From positions 1 to 64,000 of the forward strand of contig CAYMEV010000005.1 in the NCBI GenBank assembly GCA_964389675.1: DNA of 64,000 bases. The letters are read 5' to 3'. Every line of letters begins with the position of its first letter. The first letter of the stretch is position 1. The notes under the pieces were generated by a model. The model made no database searches. It worked only from the letters and a program-made list of their open reading frames with translations, and had not been told where the DNA came from. The DNA is from an uncultured Candidatus Sumerlaeota bacterium (lineage in GTDB: Bacteria; CAYMEV01). A program made the position numbers and the translations under genes. This document shows, piece after piece, positions 47,992 to 59,089 of this stretch.

Positions 47992-49215
47992 ATGCCAAAA
48001 TATAAATACAAATATGTTACCGGTGAAGGGAAAATAGTTGAAGGAGATGGCATATATAACAGTGAAGCTGACGCACAGAAGGAGCTTCTGGAAAAAAGCA
48101 GGCATATCCTTTATATAAAAGAATCGAAAGGGTTCGATATCTCTTCACTGGAGTATCTGCTATTCCCGAAAAAGATTAGAATTGCTGACCTTTTAATATT
48201 CAGCCAGGAACTTACTGCCCTTCTTAAGGCGGGCATAACATTTGAAAAGGGACTGGATATTATTCTCAAGAGAAAGAAGGGAACCTATTTTGAAAAGGTG
48301 CTTGAAAATGTCAGGAAAAAGATTGTTAGCGGCTACTCAGTAAGTGAAGCATGGAAAGAATATGAAAGCAGGCTTCCTGCAATATTTATACCTTCCCTGA
48401 AAGCAGGGGAGCAGAGCGGCAATATGGTTGAGGTTCTGGAAAGGTTTATTAGATACATGAATATAATCTACCAGATAAAAGAGAAACTCAAAAGCGCTAT
48501 GATATATCCTGTTATACTGATAAGCTTTACTCTGATCCTTGTCGTTGTATTGCTTATATTTGTCATACCAAATTTCGCTGATTATTTTGAAAAGATGGAC
48601 GCATCACTCCCTATTTACACTCAAATAATGCTTTCAGTATCAGAATTTCTGGTCAATAATTTTGCTTTTACAATAATGATTGTATTGTTCCTTATCCTAA
48701 GCTATTTATACTTTTCAAGCTCTGAATACGGAAGGATGCAGATAGACCGGTTCAAGCTGAAAATACCGCTCATAAGCGATTTTATAATAAAGAGCAATGT
48801 CAGCCAGACATTAAGGACGCTGGGTGTTATGCTGTCAGGAGGAATCCCGATAATCGACTCTCTCTCTGTAGCAGTAATGTCAATTTCAAACAGATACATA
48901 GCCAGGCTTACTGAAAATGTCATAAAAGAAATTAAGGAGGGTAATCCTCTTTCATTTGCACTTGAAAAGACCGGGGTTTTTCCCGATATTTCCCTTGAAC
49001 TGATAACTGTTGGTGAAAATTCCGGAAAGCTGAAGGAAATGCTCTTTACTCTTTCAGATTTTTACGATGGTGAGATAGACAGAAGCGTTGCGAGCATCTT
49101 ATCAATCATAGAACCTTTGCTTATAGTAATCATGGGTTTTATAGTTGCCGGCATACTTCTCACAATATATATTCCGCTTTATAGTCTGTCATCACAGGTC
49201 ATGATTAAAAGATAA
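47992..49215 (+). CDS. GspF/PilC inner membrane platform protein
   Basis: AGEQSG, SAMIYP, VGENSG, SIIEP duplicated T2SSF domains. Confidence 0.92.
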   Translation: MPKYKYKYVTGEGKIVEGDGIYNSEADAQKELLEKSRHILYIKESKGFDISSLEYLLFPKKIRIADLLIFSQELTALLKAGITFEKGLDIILKRKKGTYFEKVLENVRKKIVSGYSVSEAWKEYESRLPAIFIPSLKAGEQSGNMVEVLERFIRYMNIIYQIKEKLKSAMIYPVILISFTLILVVVLLIFVIPNFADYFEKMDASLPIYTQIMLSVSEFLVNNFAFTIMIVLFLILSYLYFSSSEYGRMQIDRFKLKIPLISDFIIKSNVSQTLRTLGVMLSGGIPIIDSLSVAVMSISNRYIARLTENVIKEIKEGNPLSFALEKTGVFPDISLELITVGENSGKLKEMLFTLSDFYDGEIDRSVASILSIIEPLLIVIMGFIVAGILLTIYIPLYSLSSQVMIKR

Positions 49216-49228
49216 AAGGAGATTTGAT

Positions 49229-50959
49229 TTGGTTGTTCGGTCTAAAGGCAAGCGATTCCAGGATATTCTTATTGATAAGAAATTGTTTTCCAGAGATGAG
49301 GTGATCCAGTACGAAGAACAGGCAAGAAAATCTGGCATCAGCCTTGCTGATTTTCTCCTGATGCAGGCAAAAATTTCTGAAGAAGACACTGCAAGAATAT
49401 ATTCAGAACAATTCAACATAGATTATATAGACCTTTCAAAATTTGAATTTCAGAAAGAATTATTTGAAGAAATACCAATTGATTATATGTTCAAGTATAA
49501 CTTTGTACCTCTGGCATTACGCGGCAATACCATTCACATTGCAGTTTCAAATCCGACAGACATAATTCTGTTTGATGAACTGGAAACACTGCTTGATAAG
49601 AAGATCAAAATATTTGTCACTACAAAAACATCAATATCTCAGACACTGAAAAAATCAGAGGGGTCTCAGAGGCATCTTGAAAAAATGTCGGAGGAATTCA
49701 AAAACAGGGGAGAAGAGCAGGAGCTCCTTACAGATGAGATAATATCAATAGAAAAGATCTCTGACAGCTCAAAGGATATAATAAAGCTTGTAGACAGCAT
49801 TATATTCAACTCCATTCAGCGAAGGGCATCAGATATACATTTTGAAAGCACTGAGACAGGAATGATGATAAAATACAGGATAGATGGCGTGCTGGTAAAG
49901 GCTACTGATATGCTGGGATTAAAGTTCATGAACCCTATAATCAGCAGGATAAAGATAATGTCGGAGCTTGATATCGCAGAAAGAAAGATACCCCAGGACG
50001 GCAGATTTAAGAGAAGACTTGGGAATAAAGCAATTGATTTCAGGGTATCAGTGCTTCCATCCATATACGGGGAAGACTGCGTTATAAGAATTCTTGACAA
50101 GGAAGCGATAAGCACTGAATTTACCGAGCTTACCCTGGAAGTACTCGGAATAGAAAATGAGGAAATCATAAAAATCAAAAGGCATATAAAGGAACCACAT
50201 GGAATGATCCTTGTTACAGGGCCTACCGGAAGCGGAAAAACGACTACCCTATATGCTGCCCTCAATGAGATCAGAACATCCGAGGAAAAGATCATCACAA
50301 TTGAAGACCCGGTAGAATACCATCTTAATGGTATTACCCAGGTTCCTATAGCAGAAAAGAAGGGTCTGACTTTTGCAAAAGGCCTGAGGTCGATACTGAG
50401 GCATGACCCGGATAAGATAATGGTCGGGGAAATAAGAGACCAGGAAACAGCTGAGATTGCCGTTCAGGCAGCGCTGACAGGCCATCTGGTACTAACGACC
50501 GTACATGCAAATACTGCAGTTGATGTTATTGGAAGGTTCCTCAATATGAAAGTAGAATCATATAATTTTGTTTCTGCATTAAGCTGTATTATCTCGCAGA
50601 GGCTGATCAGGAAGATATGCAACTCATGCAAGGTGGTTGATGACAATATAGGAGAATATATTGAAAAAATGGGTTATAAACCTGAAAAATATAATAAATT
50701 TACTCATTACAAAGGAAGAGGATGCTTTGATTGTCATGGCACAGGGTTTTTAGGCAGGGAAGCGGTGCTGGAGGTCATTACTGTAAATGATACAATAAGG
50801 AAGCTGATACTGGAAAGGGCTTCTGCCTCTGACATAAAAGCTCAGGCAAAATATAACGGTACCAGGTTCTTAAGGGAAGTAATGGAAGAAAAACTTAAAA
50901 GAGGTATTACAACACTAAAAGAGATTGACAGAGTTTCCTTCATATCTTCTGAAATATAG
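49229..50959 (+). CDS. GspE/PilB assembly ATPase
   Basis: RASDIHFE, PQDGR, GPTGSGKTT, TIEDPVE, LRHDPD, CxxC..CxxC. Confidence 0.93.
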   Translation: MVVRSKGKRFQDILIDKKLFSRDEVIQYEEQARKSGISLADFLLMQAKISEEDTARIYSEQFNIDYIDLSKFEFQKELFEEIPIDYMFKYNFVPLALRGNTIHIAVSNPTDIILFDELETLLDKKIKIFVTTKTSISQTLKKSEGSQRHLEKMSEEFKNRGEEQELLTDEIISIEKISDSSKDIIKLVDSIIFNSIQRRASDIHFESTETGMMIKYRIDGVLVKATDMLGLKFMNPIISRIKIMSELDIAERKIPQDGRFKRRLGNKAIDFRVSVLPSIYGEDCVIRILDKEAISTEFTELTLEVLGIENEEIIKIKRHIKEPHGMILVTGPTGSGKTTTLYAALNEIRTSEEKIITIEDPVEYHLNGITQVPIAEKKGLTFAKGLRSILRHDPDKIMVGEIRDQETAEIAVQAALTGHLVLTTVHANTAVDVIGRFLNMKVESYNFVSALSCIISQRLIRKICNSCKVVDDNIGEYIEKMGYKPEKYNKFTHYKGRGCFDCHGTGFLGREAVLEVITVNDTIRKLILERASASDIKAQAKYNGTRFLREVMEEKLKRGITTLKEIDRVSFISSEI

Positions 50960-50978
50960 CAGAAAGTAGGTAATTATT

Positions 50979-51923
50979 ATGGGCATATTCAGTTTTTCAA
51001 AGAAATTGGCTGCAGTGAATCTTTCTTTTGATTATCTCACTACTGTACAGGGTTTTGTCAAAGGGAATAATTTTTTTCTTGAAAAATATCTGTTCACTCG
51101 ATTTGAGGATTATATATTTGAACCAAATTTTAAGGGATTCAATTTTAAGAGCAGGGAACAGGTGACCTCTGCATTAAAATCACAGATCGATTCGCTGGGG
51201 ATAAAAAACCGGAACATGTCATTAGTAATACCTGAACAGGCTATTAAAGTAATGGTTCTGCCTTTTGAGAACTTTCCTAATAATAAGGATGAAGCCAGGG
51301 ACGTACTTATATGGAAGCTAAAAAACATATATGGTCCCGAGATTGAAAACTTCAGTATAAGGTTCCAGGATTTCAGGAATCAGAAAGAGAATATTGACTA
51401 TGTTCTTATTGGAATTGCAAATCAGAAAACAATAAATGAAATCTCTGAAATATTCAGTTTGCTGGATATCAACCTGATAAAGATTGAATTGCCCACGCTT
51501 TCAATATATAATATATTTGATAACAGGCTGCATGCTTATGGAGAAGGGGACTTTTATTTTGTAACCTTCACATCCAACAGCATAAATATAATGCTCTTTG
51601 AAAACTATTATCCGGTATTTTACAGGTCAACAAGCCTGATGAAATCACCTATCCTGATCGAGGATGATATTTTTGAAGAAATCATACAGGCCTTGAGGGT
51701 CAGTATACTCTACAATGAGGAGAATAGAAGGGGAAAGGTGGTAAATCAGATCTATTTTTACGGGGATACCTTCAGGAAACAGGCTGTTGAAGAATCCCTG
51801 CTGAAAAAGCTTGGTGATAATTATATTTTCACCTGCCTGAATGTAAAAGATGAGATTGAGTTTTTATGTGAATATAAGGATATCAAACAGATTATCACTC
51901 CTGCTATCGGGATCCTATATTAA
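50979..51923 (+). CDS. PilM/GspL-like cytoplasmic alignment protein
   Basis: operon position, size and actin-like strand/helix pattern; weak motif support. Confidence 0.65.
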   Translation: MGIFSFSKKLAAVNLSFDYLTTVQGFVKGNNFFLEKYLFTRFEDYIFEPNFKGFNFKSREQVTSALKSQIDSLGIKNRNMSLVIPEQAIKVMVLPFENFPNNKDEARDVLIWKLKNIYGPEIENFSIRFQDFRNQKENIDYVLIGIANQKTINEISEIFSLLDINLIKIELPTLSIYNIFDNRLHAYGEGDFYFVTFTSNSINIMLFENYYPVFYRSTSLMKSPILIEDDIFEEIIQALRVSILYNEENRRGKVVNQIYFYGDTFRKQAVEESLLKKLGDNYIFTCLNVKDEIEFLCEYKDIKQIITPAIGILY

Positions 51924-51939
51924 ATAAAGGAGCTTTTTT

Positions 51940-52518
51940 ATGAAGCTTAGTTTAAATTTTTCAACAAAAAAGTATAGAAGCCTGTTTTTAAACAGGCTGC
52001 TTATTGCAGTGACAATAATGCTCATCCTAATTCCCTTCGGCATAAATGCTTTTTTATTTGTGAACAACAATAAAGCAATCAGGAATGAAACAATCAAAAA
52101 TATTCAGGAGAAGTCAAAGAACAGGGAACTCGAAGAAATGGTCAGACAGGTTGACAGATATATTTCAGAACTCAATATTAGCGAAATTAGACAAAAGAGC
52201 GGTTTTTATTCCCATGCAATTGTATTAAGGAACCTTAAGTGGCTTAGATTGCTATCCTCGCTTGAACTTATAATACCGGATGACGTGAAGCTCAGAAGGA
52301 TATCCCCCGATCTGAATCAGGATTTTATTGCAGACAGGATCAATATCCGCCTTGAAGGAATGTCAAAGGATTTTGATTCCGTTCTCAGCTTTTTGAAAAA
52401 GCTTGAAGAATCGCCTTTATTTGATAATGTATACATTATGAGCATAAAGAATAGGTTAAGGGAGAACAGTGGTTATGAATATAGCTTTGAAGTATTATAC
52501 CTGCAGCCGGTGGAATAA
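51940..52518 (+). CDS. PilN-like protein
   Basis: N-terminal LNF, TM, coiled coil, IPDDVKL, FLKKLEESPLFDNV. Confidence 0.78.
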   Translation: MKLSLNFSTKKYRSLFLNRLLIAVTIMLILIPFGINAFLFVNNNKAIRNETIKNIQEKSKNRELEEMVRQVDRYISELNISEIRQKSGFYSHAIVLRNLKWLRLLSSLELIIPDDVKLRRISPDLNQDFIADRINIRLEGMSKDFDSVLSFLKKLEESPLFDNVYIMSIKNRLRENSGYEYSFEVLYLQPVE

Positions 52519-52520
52519 CT

Positions 52521-53069
52521 ATGTTTAAGCAATTTATCGAAGAAAATAAAAGGCTTATAGTATTTCTTCTAATCTCCGTCATAATCAATATAATGCTATT
52601 TCTGTTCATAACCTTTCCCCTTTATAACAGGGCTGTTGATCTTAAAGAAAGCAACATGGGGCTCTTATCAGAAAATGAAAAACTGGATAAGGAGTGGACA
52701 GACAAGGGTAAGATTGTAGCAAGAGTTGAATCTACAGCAGGAATAATTGAGAGCCTTGAATCATCAATACCCTTAAAGGAGGGAGGATTGGAAGGGTTTA
52801 TTTCAAGATTGGAAAGCTGGAACAATGAATTAAACCTGAACATATTGGATCTGGTATTCAGTTATGAGAAACTTGAAAATGATATTCTGATGATCAGGAC
52901 AACACTGAAAATGATAGGCAGTTATGAAGACTTTAAGAAATTTCTCTACTATCTGGAGACAAATGAAAATGTCATTGCAGCTGAATCACTAATGATAAAT
53001 GAAACTTCTGAAGAAGCAGTTGAAATGCAGGTCGGCCTGATGGCATATTTCTATGAGAAGGAGGTATAG
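52521..53069 (+). CDS. PilO/GspM-like protein
   Basis: TM, coiled coil, GSYEDFKKFLYYLE. Confidence 0.78.
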   Translation: MFKQFIEENKRLIVFLLISVIINIMLFLFITFPLYNRAVDLKESNMGLLSENEKLDKEWTDKGKIVARVESTAGIIESLESSIPLKEGGLEGFISRLESWNNELNLNILDLVFSYEKLENDILMIRTTLKMIGSYEDFKKFLYYLETNENVIAAESLMINETSEEAVEMQVGLMAYFYEKEV

Positions 53070-53072
53070 CAA

Positions 53073-53666
53073 GTGAAAGGAAGCCTATACAAAATACTGA
53101 TTGCTTTAATAATAATTTATGCAGGGTACCTGATTTACCAGAAAGCGGCAAAACCCGATAATTCAAGTAAAACATCACAACAAAAGGCAGTTGTTAAAAG
53201 AAATGCAAGAACTGCAGATAAATCTGATGCCGATCAATTATTCCTTCATCTTAACAGCCCAAGTGATCAGTCTCTTTTAAGCGAAAGCAGCAGGAACCTG
53301 TTCAGCTATTATCAGAAACCGGTCATTAAAGAACCTGTTAAACCTATAATTGAGAACATAAAACCGGTGGTTAAACCGCCAAAAGAGCTTCCTGAAATAA
53401 AAGAAGCAAGGCAGAATGTCAATACGCCTGACCCGAAGCTAAATAACTTTTCATTTGTTGCATATTTTGCTACTCCAGGGGGCACAATGGTTGTGCTTAA
53501 GGAGGGCCAGGATGAATATGCAGGAAGTGTCGGCGGTGTCCTAAAAAATGATATTAAAATATTGAATGTGAAAAATACAGGTACAGGCCAGGATTTTGTT
53601 GAGATAAATGTTGTCAATTCATCCAGGCCGGCTAAAAAGATCTACTTTAATCCAATAAATTTTTAA
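53073..53666 (+). CDS. membrane-anchored accessory protein (PilP/GspC position)
   Basis: N-terminal TM, RNLF motif, Pro-rich linker, beta-rich C-terminus; lies between pilO-like gene and secretin. Confidence 0.6.
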   Translation: MKGSLYKILIALIIIYAGYLIYQKAAKPDNSSKTSQQKAVVKRNARTADKSDADQLFLHLNSPSDQSLLSESSRNLFSYYQKPVIKEPVKPIIENIKPVVKPPKELPEIKEARQNVNTPDPKLNNFSFVAYFATPGGTMVVLKEGQDEYAGSVGGVLKNDIKILNVKNTGTGQDFVEINVVNSSRPAKKIYFNPINF

Positions 53667-53693
53667 TTGCAGTTTATGAAAGGGGATAATACC

Positions 53694-56057
53694 ATGAAAA
53701 ACAATAATAAGAACAACCGGATAATTATTTCTTTAATATTGTGTATCCTGATGCTGATTGCCTATGCTTGCGCAGCACAGAAGGAATTCAAAATGGGGCA
53801 GGAAGAAGAGTCCATGGACAACTGGGATTCTGCAGTTGTCCATTACACCAATGCCCTTGAAAAAGACCCGAACAACCTTACATACAGGATATACCTGCTG
53901 AAAGCAAAAGAAAAAGCTGCAATGCAACACTATGAAAAGGGAATGGAATATAAGAACAACAGACAGCTTGAGCTTGCGATAACAGAATTTCAGATCGCAA
54001 ATGTATTATCTCCATCAAATCAGAAAATTAGTGTAGAACTGCAAAGGGTCAAAAATACCAAAAATGCATTTAAGCATTTAAGCCTTGCAAAGGACTTCCT
54101 GGTAAGAAAAGACCTCCAGAATGCTGTAAACAGCATCAGGAAAGCTACCGAGCTTGATAATGAAAGCGAAGAGATCCTTGAAACCTATGAACTTATAAAG
54201 GCCGAGGTTGAAAAGGTAAAGGAAATGCAGGATACTGCTGAAGCAGGACGGGCAAGGCTAAATATTGATTCAATCATGCCGGTTGACCTTGTATTGTATG
54301 ACACACCCCTCAAAAAGGTATTTGAGACACTGGCAAAAGCTGCAAGGATAAATATATTCTTTGATGAGGATTTTGACAGGACTTTCGGCACCAAAAAGGT
54401 AGATGTCGAATTCCGGGACATGCCATTTAACAAGGTAATAAATCTCCTGCTGGTCTCCAATACCCTTTTTATGAACATAATTGATGACAGGTCGATAATT
54501 ATAATACCCGATAATCCGAGAAAGAGAAAACAGTACACCGAACAGGTCATAAGGGTCTTTTATCTTTCCAATGCAGAGGCAAGGAAGATGAAAGCCCTGC
54601 TTCAGGCTATTTTAGGCAGGGGCAGATATATAGAAAATGAAGAACTGAATACCATTATTGTAAGGGATGAACCTGAAAAGGTACAGCTTGCTCAGAGGAT
54701 AATAGAGCTTAATGACAAATCAGAACCGGAGATACTGCTTGATATAGAGCTTATGGAGGTAAACAGGGGCGATGGAAGCGAGCTTGGGATGAAATTCTCA
54801 AATGCACAGATAACTCAATCCATTGAAGGAGCTGCACAGACAGCTGAAGGGGGCGGTATCAGCCTTCATGCACTGCAGTTCCTTGATCAGACAGATAATA
54901 TATTCAGCCTTCCCTCTATCTACTATAATTTCTTAAAAACATCAGGCTCCACAAAAACACTTGCAAATCCGCAGATAAGGATAACAAACCAGCAGAAAGC
55001 CAATCTGGAGATTGGCCAGGATGTTCCGATCAAGAAGACTTTGTTCAATACCTCAGGAGGTTCAACCTATACAACGGAAAGCTATGAATTTAAGAGAATA
55101 GGCATAAAGATAGACGTGACCCCGTTTATACATTTTGACCAGAGCGTATCGCTCGAGCTTGAGATCACCATTGATAATATTGAGGCTTATAATGAAGATG
55201 GTTATCCCACCATTGGAGTAAGAAAGGTTAAAACCATGCTTCGTCTCCAGGACGGTGAGACGGATATACTTGCAGGCCTGATAAGGGAGGTAGAAAGCAA
55301 CAGCCAGACAAAAGTGCCGGTTCTGGGCGATATACCCTATCTTGGAAACATATTTACATATACAAAAAAGGAATTAAACAGGACTGATCTCATAATAGCC
55401 CTGACACCTCACATAATAAGGCTTCCTGATCTGCAGCCTGAAGATGCAGAAGCAATATATTCGGGCACTGAGGATAATTACCAGTTTGGAACAAGGACCC
55501 CCCAGTGGTATGATAATATACCAGAGACTGATGTCCAGGAAGGACCGGAAGAGGATACAGGCCTTCCCATAGGCGATGCAAAAATACTCCCGGGAACTGA
55601 TACAGTTCTTGATGAGCCCCTTAAAAGGAGATCCACTGCACCTGCTGAAGTATTTATTTTCCCGGCAGTCAGAAGAGCAGGCCTGAACAATATATTTACG
55701 GTGGAGGTCAGGATCAAGAACGCCTCAAATGTTGGCAGTGTCCCATTCTATATAGATTATGATCCCGGTATCATACAGGCAGTTGAGGCAGTCGAAGGCG
55801 GTTTTCTGAAACAGGGAGGCGCATCCACTTCATTCATGTTCTTCCCGGATGATACTTTAAGCGGGAATGCTATCCTGGGATATTCACGATTGGGCCAGGA
55901 AAGAGGCGCTGACGGTTCAGGCGTTCTTGCAATAATGAAATTCAAAGCATTGAATGTCGGTGAATCACATATAAGTTTTTCCAATAATTTCGTTAAGGAC
56001 CCTTCATCCAAAGATTTGCCAGCTATATTTACAACCGGGAAAATTATTGTACAATAA
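53694..56057 (+). CDS. secretin (GspD-like) with N-terminal TPR and C-terminal cohesin-like domain
   Basis: signal ending AYAC; TPRs; LANPQIR, IGQDVP, KVPVLGDIPYLGNIF, LTPHII; cohesin-like tail (IDYDP..EGGFL..GSGVLAIMKFKA). Confidence 0.9.
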   Translation: MKNNNKNNRIIISLILCILMLIAYACAAQKEFKMGQEEESMDNWDSAVVHYTNALEKDPNNLTYRIYLLKAKEKAAMQHYEKGMEYKNNRQLELAITEFQIANVLSPSNQKISVELQRVKNTKNAFKHLSLAKDFLVRKDLQNAVNSIRKATELDNESEEILETYELIKAEVEKVKEMQDTAEAGRARLNIDSIMPVDLVLYDTPLKKVFETLAKAARINIFFDEDFDRTFGTKKVDVEFRDMPFNKVINLLLVSNTLFMNIIDDRSIIIIPDNPRKRKQYTEQVIRVFYLSNAEARKMKALLQAILGRGRYIENEELNTIIVRDEPEKVQLAQRIIELNDKSEPEILLDIELMEVNRGDGSELGMKFSNAQITQSIEGAAQTAEGGGISLHALQFLDQTDNIFSLPSIYYNFLKTSGSTKTLANPQIRITNQQKANLEIGQDVPIKKTLFNTSGGSTYTTESYEFKRIGIKIDVTPFIHFDQSVSLELEITIDNIEAYNEDGYPTIGVRKVKTMLRLQDGETDILAGLIREVESNSQTKVPVLGDIPYLGNIFTYTKKELNRTDLIIALTPHIIRLPDLQPEDAEAIYSGTEDNYQFGTRTPQWYDNIPETDVQEGPEEDTGLPIGDAKILPGTDTVLDEPLKRRSTAPAEVFIFPAVRRAGLNNIFTVEVRIKNASNVGSVPFYIDYDPGIIQAVEAVEGGFLKQGGASTSFMFFPDDTLSGNAILGYSRLGQERGADGSGVLAIMKFKALNVGESHISFSNNFVKDPSSKDLPAIFTTGKIIVQ

Positions 56058-56082
56058 TACAATAATGAAATAGGAGATAAAT

Positions 56083-56568
56083 TTGCTTTTTTTTGCAAAC
56101 GGGCTTAGGAAGAGAAGCATATTAGGTTTGACATATGTTGAATTAATAATAAGCGTAATGATACTCTCAATACTTGGGTTCGGTGCTTTTCCCCTCGCTC
56201 ATATGTCCATAAAGAGGAAAAAAGAGATTGATCTGAGAAGGGCATTAAGGGAAATGAGGGATGCAATTGATTACTACAGGCAGCTTATTGATGAAGGGAA
56301 AATAGACCAGGAATACATTGATCAGGAGGGCTATCCGCCTGACCTTGAAACCCTGGTTGAAGGAGTAAGGGAAAAAGGAAGCTTGTCAAAGACATACAGA
56401 TTTCTGCGCAGGATTCCTGTTGACCCCATGACAGGTGAAGCTGAGTGGGGCTTGAGATCATACCAGGATGAGCCTGATGCAACATCCTGGGGAGGGCAGA
56501 ATGTATATGATATATATTCTCTTAGTGATAAGAAAGCAATTGATGGAACATCTTACAAAGACTGGTAA
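56083..56568 (+). CDS. GspG-like pseudopilin
   Basis: class III signal G|LTYVELII; YPPDLETLV; IPVDPMTG. Confidence 0.85.
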   Translation: MLFFANGLRKRSILGLTYVELIISVMILSILGFGAFPLAHMSIKRKKEIDLRRALREMRDAIDYYRQLIDEGKIDQEYIDQEGYPPDLETLVEGVREKGSLSKTYRFLRRIPVDPMTGEAEWGLRSYQDEPDATSWGGQNVYDIYSLSDKKAIDGTSYKDW

Positions 56569-56577
56569 AAGGAGTAA

Positions 56578-56967
56578 TTGAAAATGCTTTGCTTTAACAA
56601 TGAAAAAGGGCTTACTCTCATAGAGCTTATTATAGTTATCACACTTATCTTTATTCTGGCAGGCGTTTCAATTCCCGTGTACACAAACTCTGTAAAGGCT
56701 TCTGAAGAAGCAGTGCTGAAAGAGAATCTCTATGGCCTGAGAGAATTGATCAACCAGTTTTATATGGATAAGCATAAGTATCCTCAGGACCTTATGGAAC
56801 TGGTCGATGAGGGGTATATCAAGGATATCCCTTATGATCCTATTACAGGGCGGCAGGATACATGGATTACCGAACAGCCTGATGACTTTGAAGAATCAGG
56901 GATATATGATGTAAAATCAGGAGCAGAAGGTCAAGCACTTGATGGTTCGTATTACAGAGACTGGTAA
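56578..56967 (+). CDS. GspG-like pseudopilin
   Basis: KG|LTLIELII; YPQDLMELV; IPYDPITG. Confidence 0.85.
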   Translation: MKMLCFNNEKGLTLIELIIVITLIFILAGVSIPVYTNSVKASEEAVLKENLYGLRELINQFYMDKHKYPQDLMELVDEGYIKDIPYDPITGRQDTWITEQPDDFEESGIYDVKSGAEGQALDGSYYRDW

Positions 56968-57442
56968 AAGTAAGGGTCTGGCCTTACCAACTGTTCTTTT
57001 TATGGTATTTTTGCTGAACATGTCTTTTCTGGTTGCTTTCCAGTCCTGGGATATTCAGATAAAAAGAGAAAGGGAAAAAGAATTGCTTTGGAGAGGGAAA
57101 AAAATAGCCAAAGCAATAGACAGGTTTTACAGTGAAAGGAGAATGTATCCAGAGAGCATAGAGCAGCTGTATAATATGAAATACATCAGGAAACCCTATA
57201 AGGACCCGATGGTCAAAGACGGTGAATGGGATTATATACGTCCACCAATGTCTTTGAATCAAATTTCCGGGGTTAAATCAAAGCTTGATGAGAAATCATT
57301 TTATGTATATGAAGATAAGGAAAACTATACTGAATGGGAATTTAAGGCTGAATCTACTCAATTCCATAAACCGCAGGTCAGGCCCGGGGTTCCGCGCAGC
57401 GGCGATATAAGGAGCCAGCCCAGAACAGAGACTAAACCTTAA
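56939..57442 (+). CDS. minor pseudopilin (no Glu5, GspK/PilX-like)
   Basis: KG|LALPTVLF; REREKELL; YPESIEQL; YKDPM. Confidence 0.75.
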   Translation: MMVRITETGKSKGLALPTVLFMVFLLNMSFLVAFQSWDIQIKREREKELLWRGKKIAKAIDRFYSERRMYPESIEQLYNMKYIRKPYKDPMVKDGEWDYIRPPMSLNQISGVKSKLDEKSFYVYEDKENYTEWEFKAESTQFHKPQVRPGVPRSGDIRSQPRTETKP

Positions 57443-57467
57443 AAAAAACAAAAAACAGGTAAATATT

Positions 57468-58028
57468 ATGAGACTCTTTTATGCAATTAAAATACCAGGG
57501 GAAATAAGGGATGCTGTATTTGATTATGGCATGAATTACAAGGATATTGAAGGCATAAGGGTCATTGACAGATCCCTTTACCATATAACACTTTTATTTC
57601 TTGGTGAAACTGATATAAGCGAGGCTGAAAATCTTGATAAACTAGCACAGAACCTCGCAAATAACGATTTCAATACCAGAATAGATATTAATCAGGCAGG
57701 TGTATTCCCGAATAATATAATGCCAAGCATTATATGGGTAGGCACCAGAGAAAAAAATGAAAAGCTTGTTTCTCTTTCAAAATCAATTAAAAGCATGTAT
57801 ATTAAATATATGATGGATAAAAAAAGAAATAATTTTAAAGCACATATAACAGTCTGCAGAATCAAAAAAAAACACAAGCACCTTGATATTGCAGAATTTA
57901 ATAGATCATTACCTTTTGAAATTAACGGGTTTTCTCTTTTTGAAAGCAAATTGACACCTGAGGGCCCGATATATAATGAATTAAACAGCTATAAATTTAT
58001 AAGGAGTACGAATGATGGCAGACAATAA
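57468..58028 (+). CDS. thpR: RNA 2',3'-cyclic phosphodiesterase (2H family)
   Basis: MRLFYAI, two HxT motifs (HITL, HITV); directly upstream of recA. Confidence 0.9.
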   Translation: MRLFYAIKIPGEIRDAVFDYGMNYKDIEGIRVIDRSLYHITLLFLGETDISEAENLDKLAQNLANNDFNTRIDINQAGVFPNNIMPSIIWVGTREKNEKLVSLSKSIKSMYIKYMMDKKRNNFKAHITVCRIKKKHKHLDIAEFNRSLPFEINGFSLFESKLTPEGPIYNELNSYKFIRSTNDGRQ

Positions 58029-59073
58029 TAAGCAGAAAACAGGGAAAGAAGAAGCATTATCAAATGCAATCCTGCAGATAGAGAGATCCTTCGGGAAAGG
58101 ATCAATAATGAAAATGGGAAGCGGCATGGTTCAGAATGTTCCGAGCATTCCGACAGGCATATTATCCATAGATATCATAACCGGTATAGGCGGGATACCC
58201 AAAGGAAGGGTAACAGAAATATTCGGCGAGGAATCATCCGGCAAGACTACACTTGCATTGCATTGTATTGCCTCCGCACAGAAATACGGCGGTGTTGTCG
58301 CATTTATTGATGCTGAACATGCATTAAACCCGCAATATGCAAGGCTTTTAGGTGTTAATGTTGACGAGCTTTTAATCTCGCAGCCTGATTACGGTGAACA
58401 GGCCCTTGATATAGCCGAAATGCTTGTACGCAGCGGGGCAATCGATGTTGTAGTAATTGATTCTGTCGCAGCTTTGGTACCAAAAGCTGAACTGGACGGG
58501 GAAATGGGGGATTCTCATATGGGTCTTCAGGCAAGGCTTATGTCTCAGGCTCTGAGAAAATTAACTGCTGCTATAAACAAATCAAATACTTCAGTAATCT
58601 TTATAAATCAGGTGAGGGAAAAGATTGGAATTGTCTTTGGAAATCCTGAAACCACCCCCGGGGGAAAAGCCCTGAAATTCTACTCATCGCTAAGGATCCA
58701 TATGAAGGGATCAATGCATATAAAAGAGGGTGGAGAAAGCAAGGGAAACAAAGTGAAGATAACAATTGTCAAAAATAAAGTTGCATCACCATTTAAAAGT
58801 GCCTTGCTGGATGTTATCTATGGAGAGGGGATATCTTTTCTTAGCGATATCATAGACCTTTCAGTGGAAAACAGCATAATAGACAAGAGCGGGTCATGGT
58901 TTTCATACGGGGACGTCAGGCTCGGGCAGGGCAAAGAAAATGTTAAGGTATTCCTCAATGAGAATCCCAAGATACTGGATGAAATAACAGCAAAACTGAA
59001 ATTAAAGCTGGGTCTTGTCGATTCTGAAAAGACTGATAAAGCTCCTAAAGAAACTGTTAAAGAAAAAAATTAA
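58015..59073 (+). CDS. recA: recombinase RecA
   Basis: [45 protein letters not shown]. Confidence 0.98.
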   Translation: MADNNKQKTGKEEALSNAILQIERSFGKGSIMKMGSGMVQNVPSIPTGILSIDIITGIGGIPKGRVTEIFGEESSGKTTLALHCIASAQKYGGVVAFIDAEHALNPQYARLLGVNVDELLISQPDYGEQALDIAEMLVRSGAIDVVVIDSVAALVPKAELDGEMGDSHMGLQARLMSQALRKLTAAINKSNTSVIFINQVREKIGIVFGNPETTPGGKALKFYSSLRIHMKGSMHIKEGGESKGNKVKITIVKNKVASPFKSALLDVIYGEGISFLSDIIDLSVENSIIDKSGSWFSYGDVRLGQGKENVKVFLNENPKILDEITAKLKLKLGLVDSEKTDKAPKETVKEKN

Positions 59074-59089
59074 TGTAGGTGGATAAAAG

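Noticed and set aside
37538-59073. Inteins or introns in dnaE or recA
   Set aside because: Both have normal length and continuous motifs.
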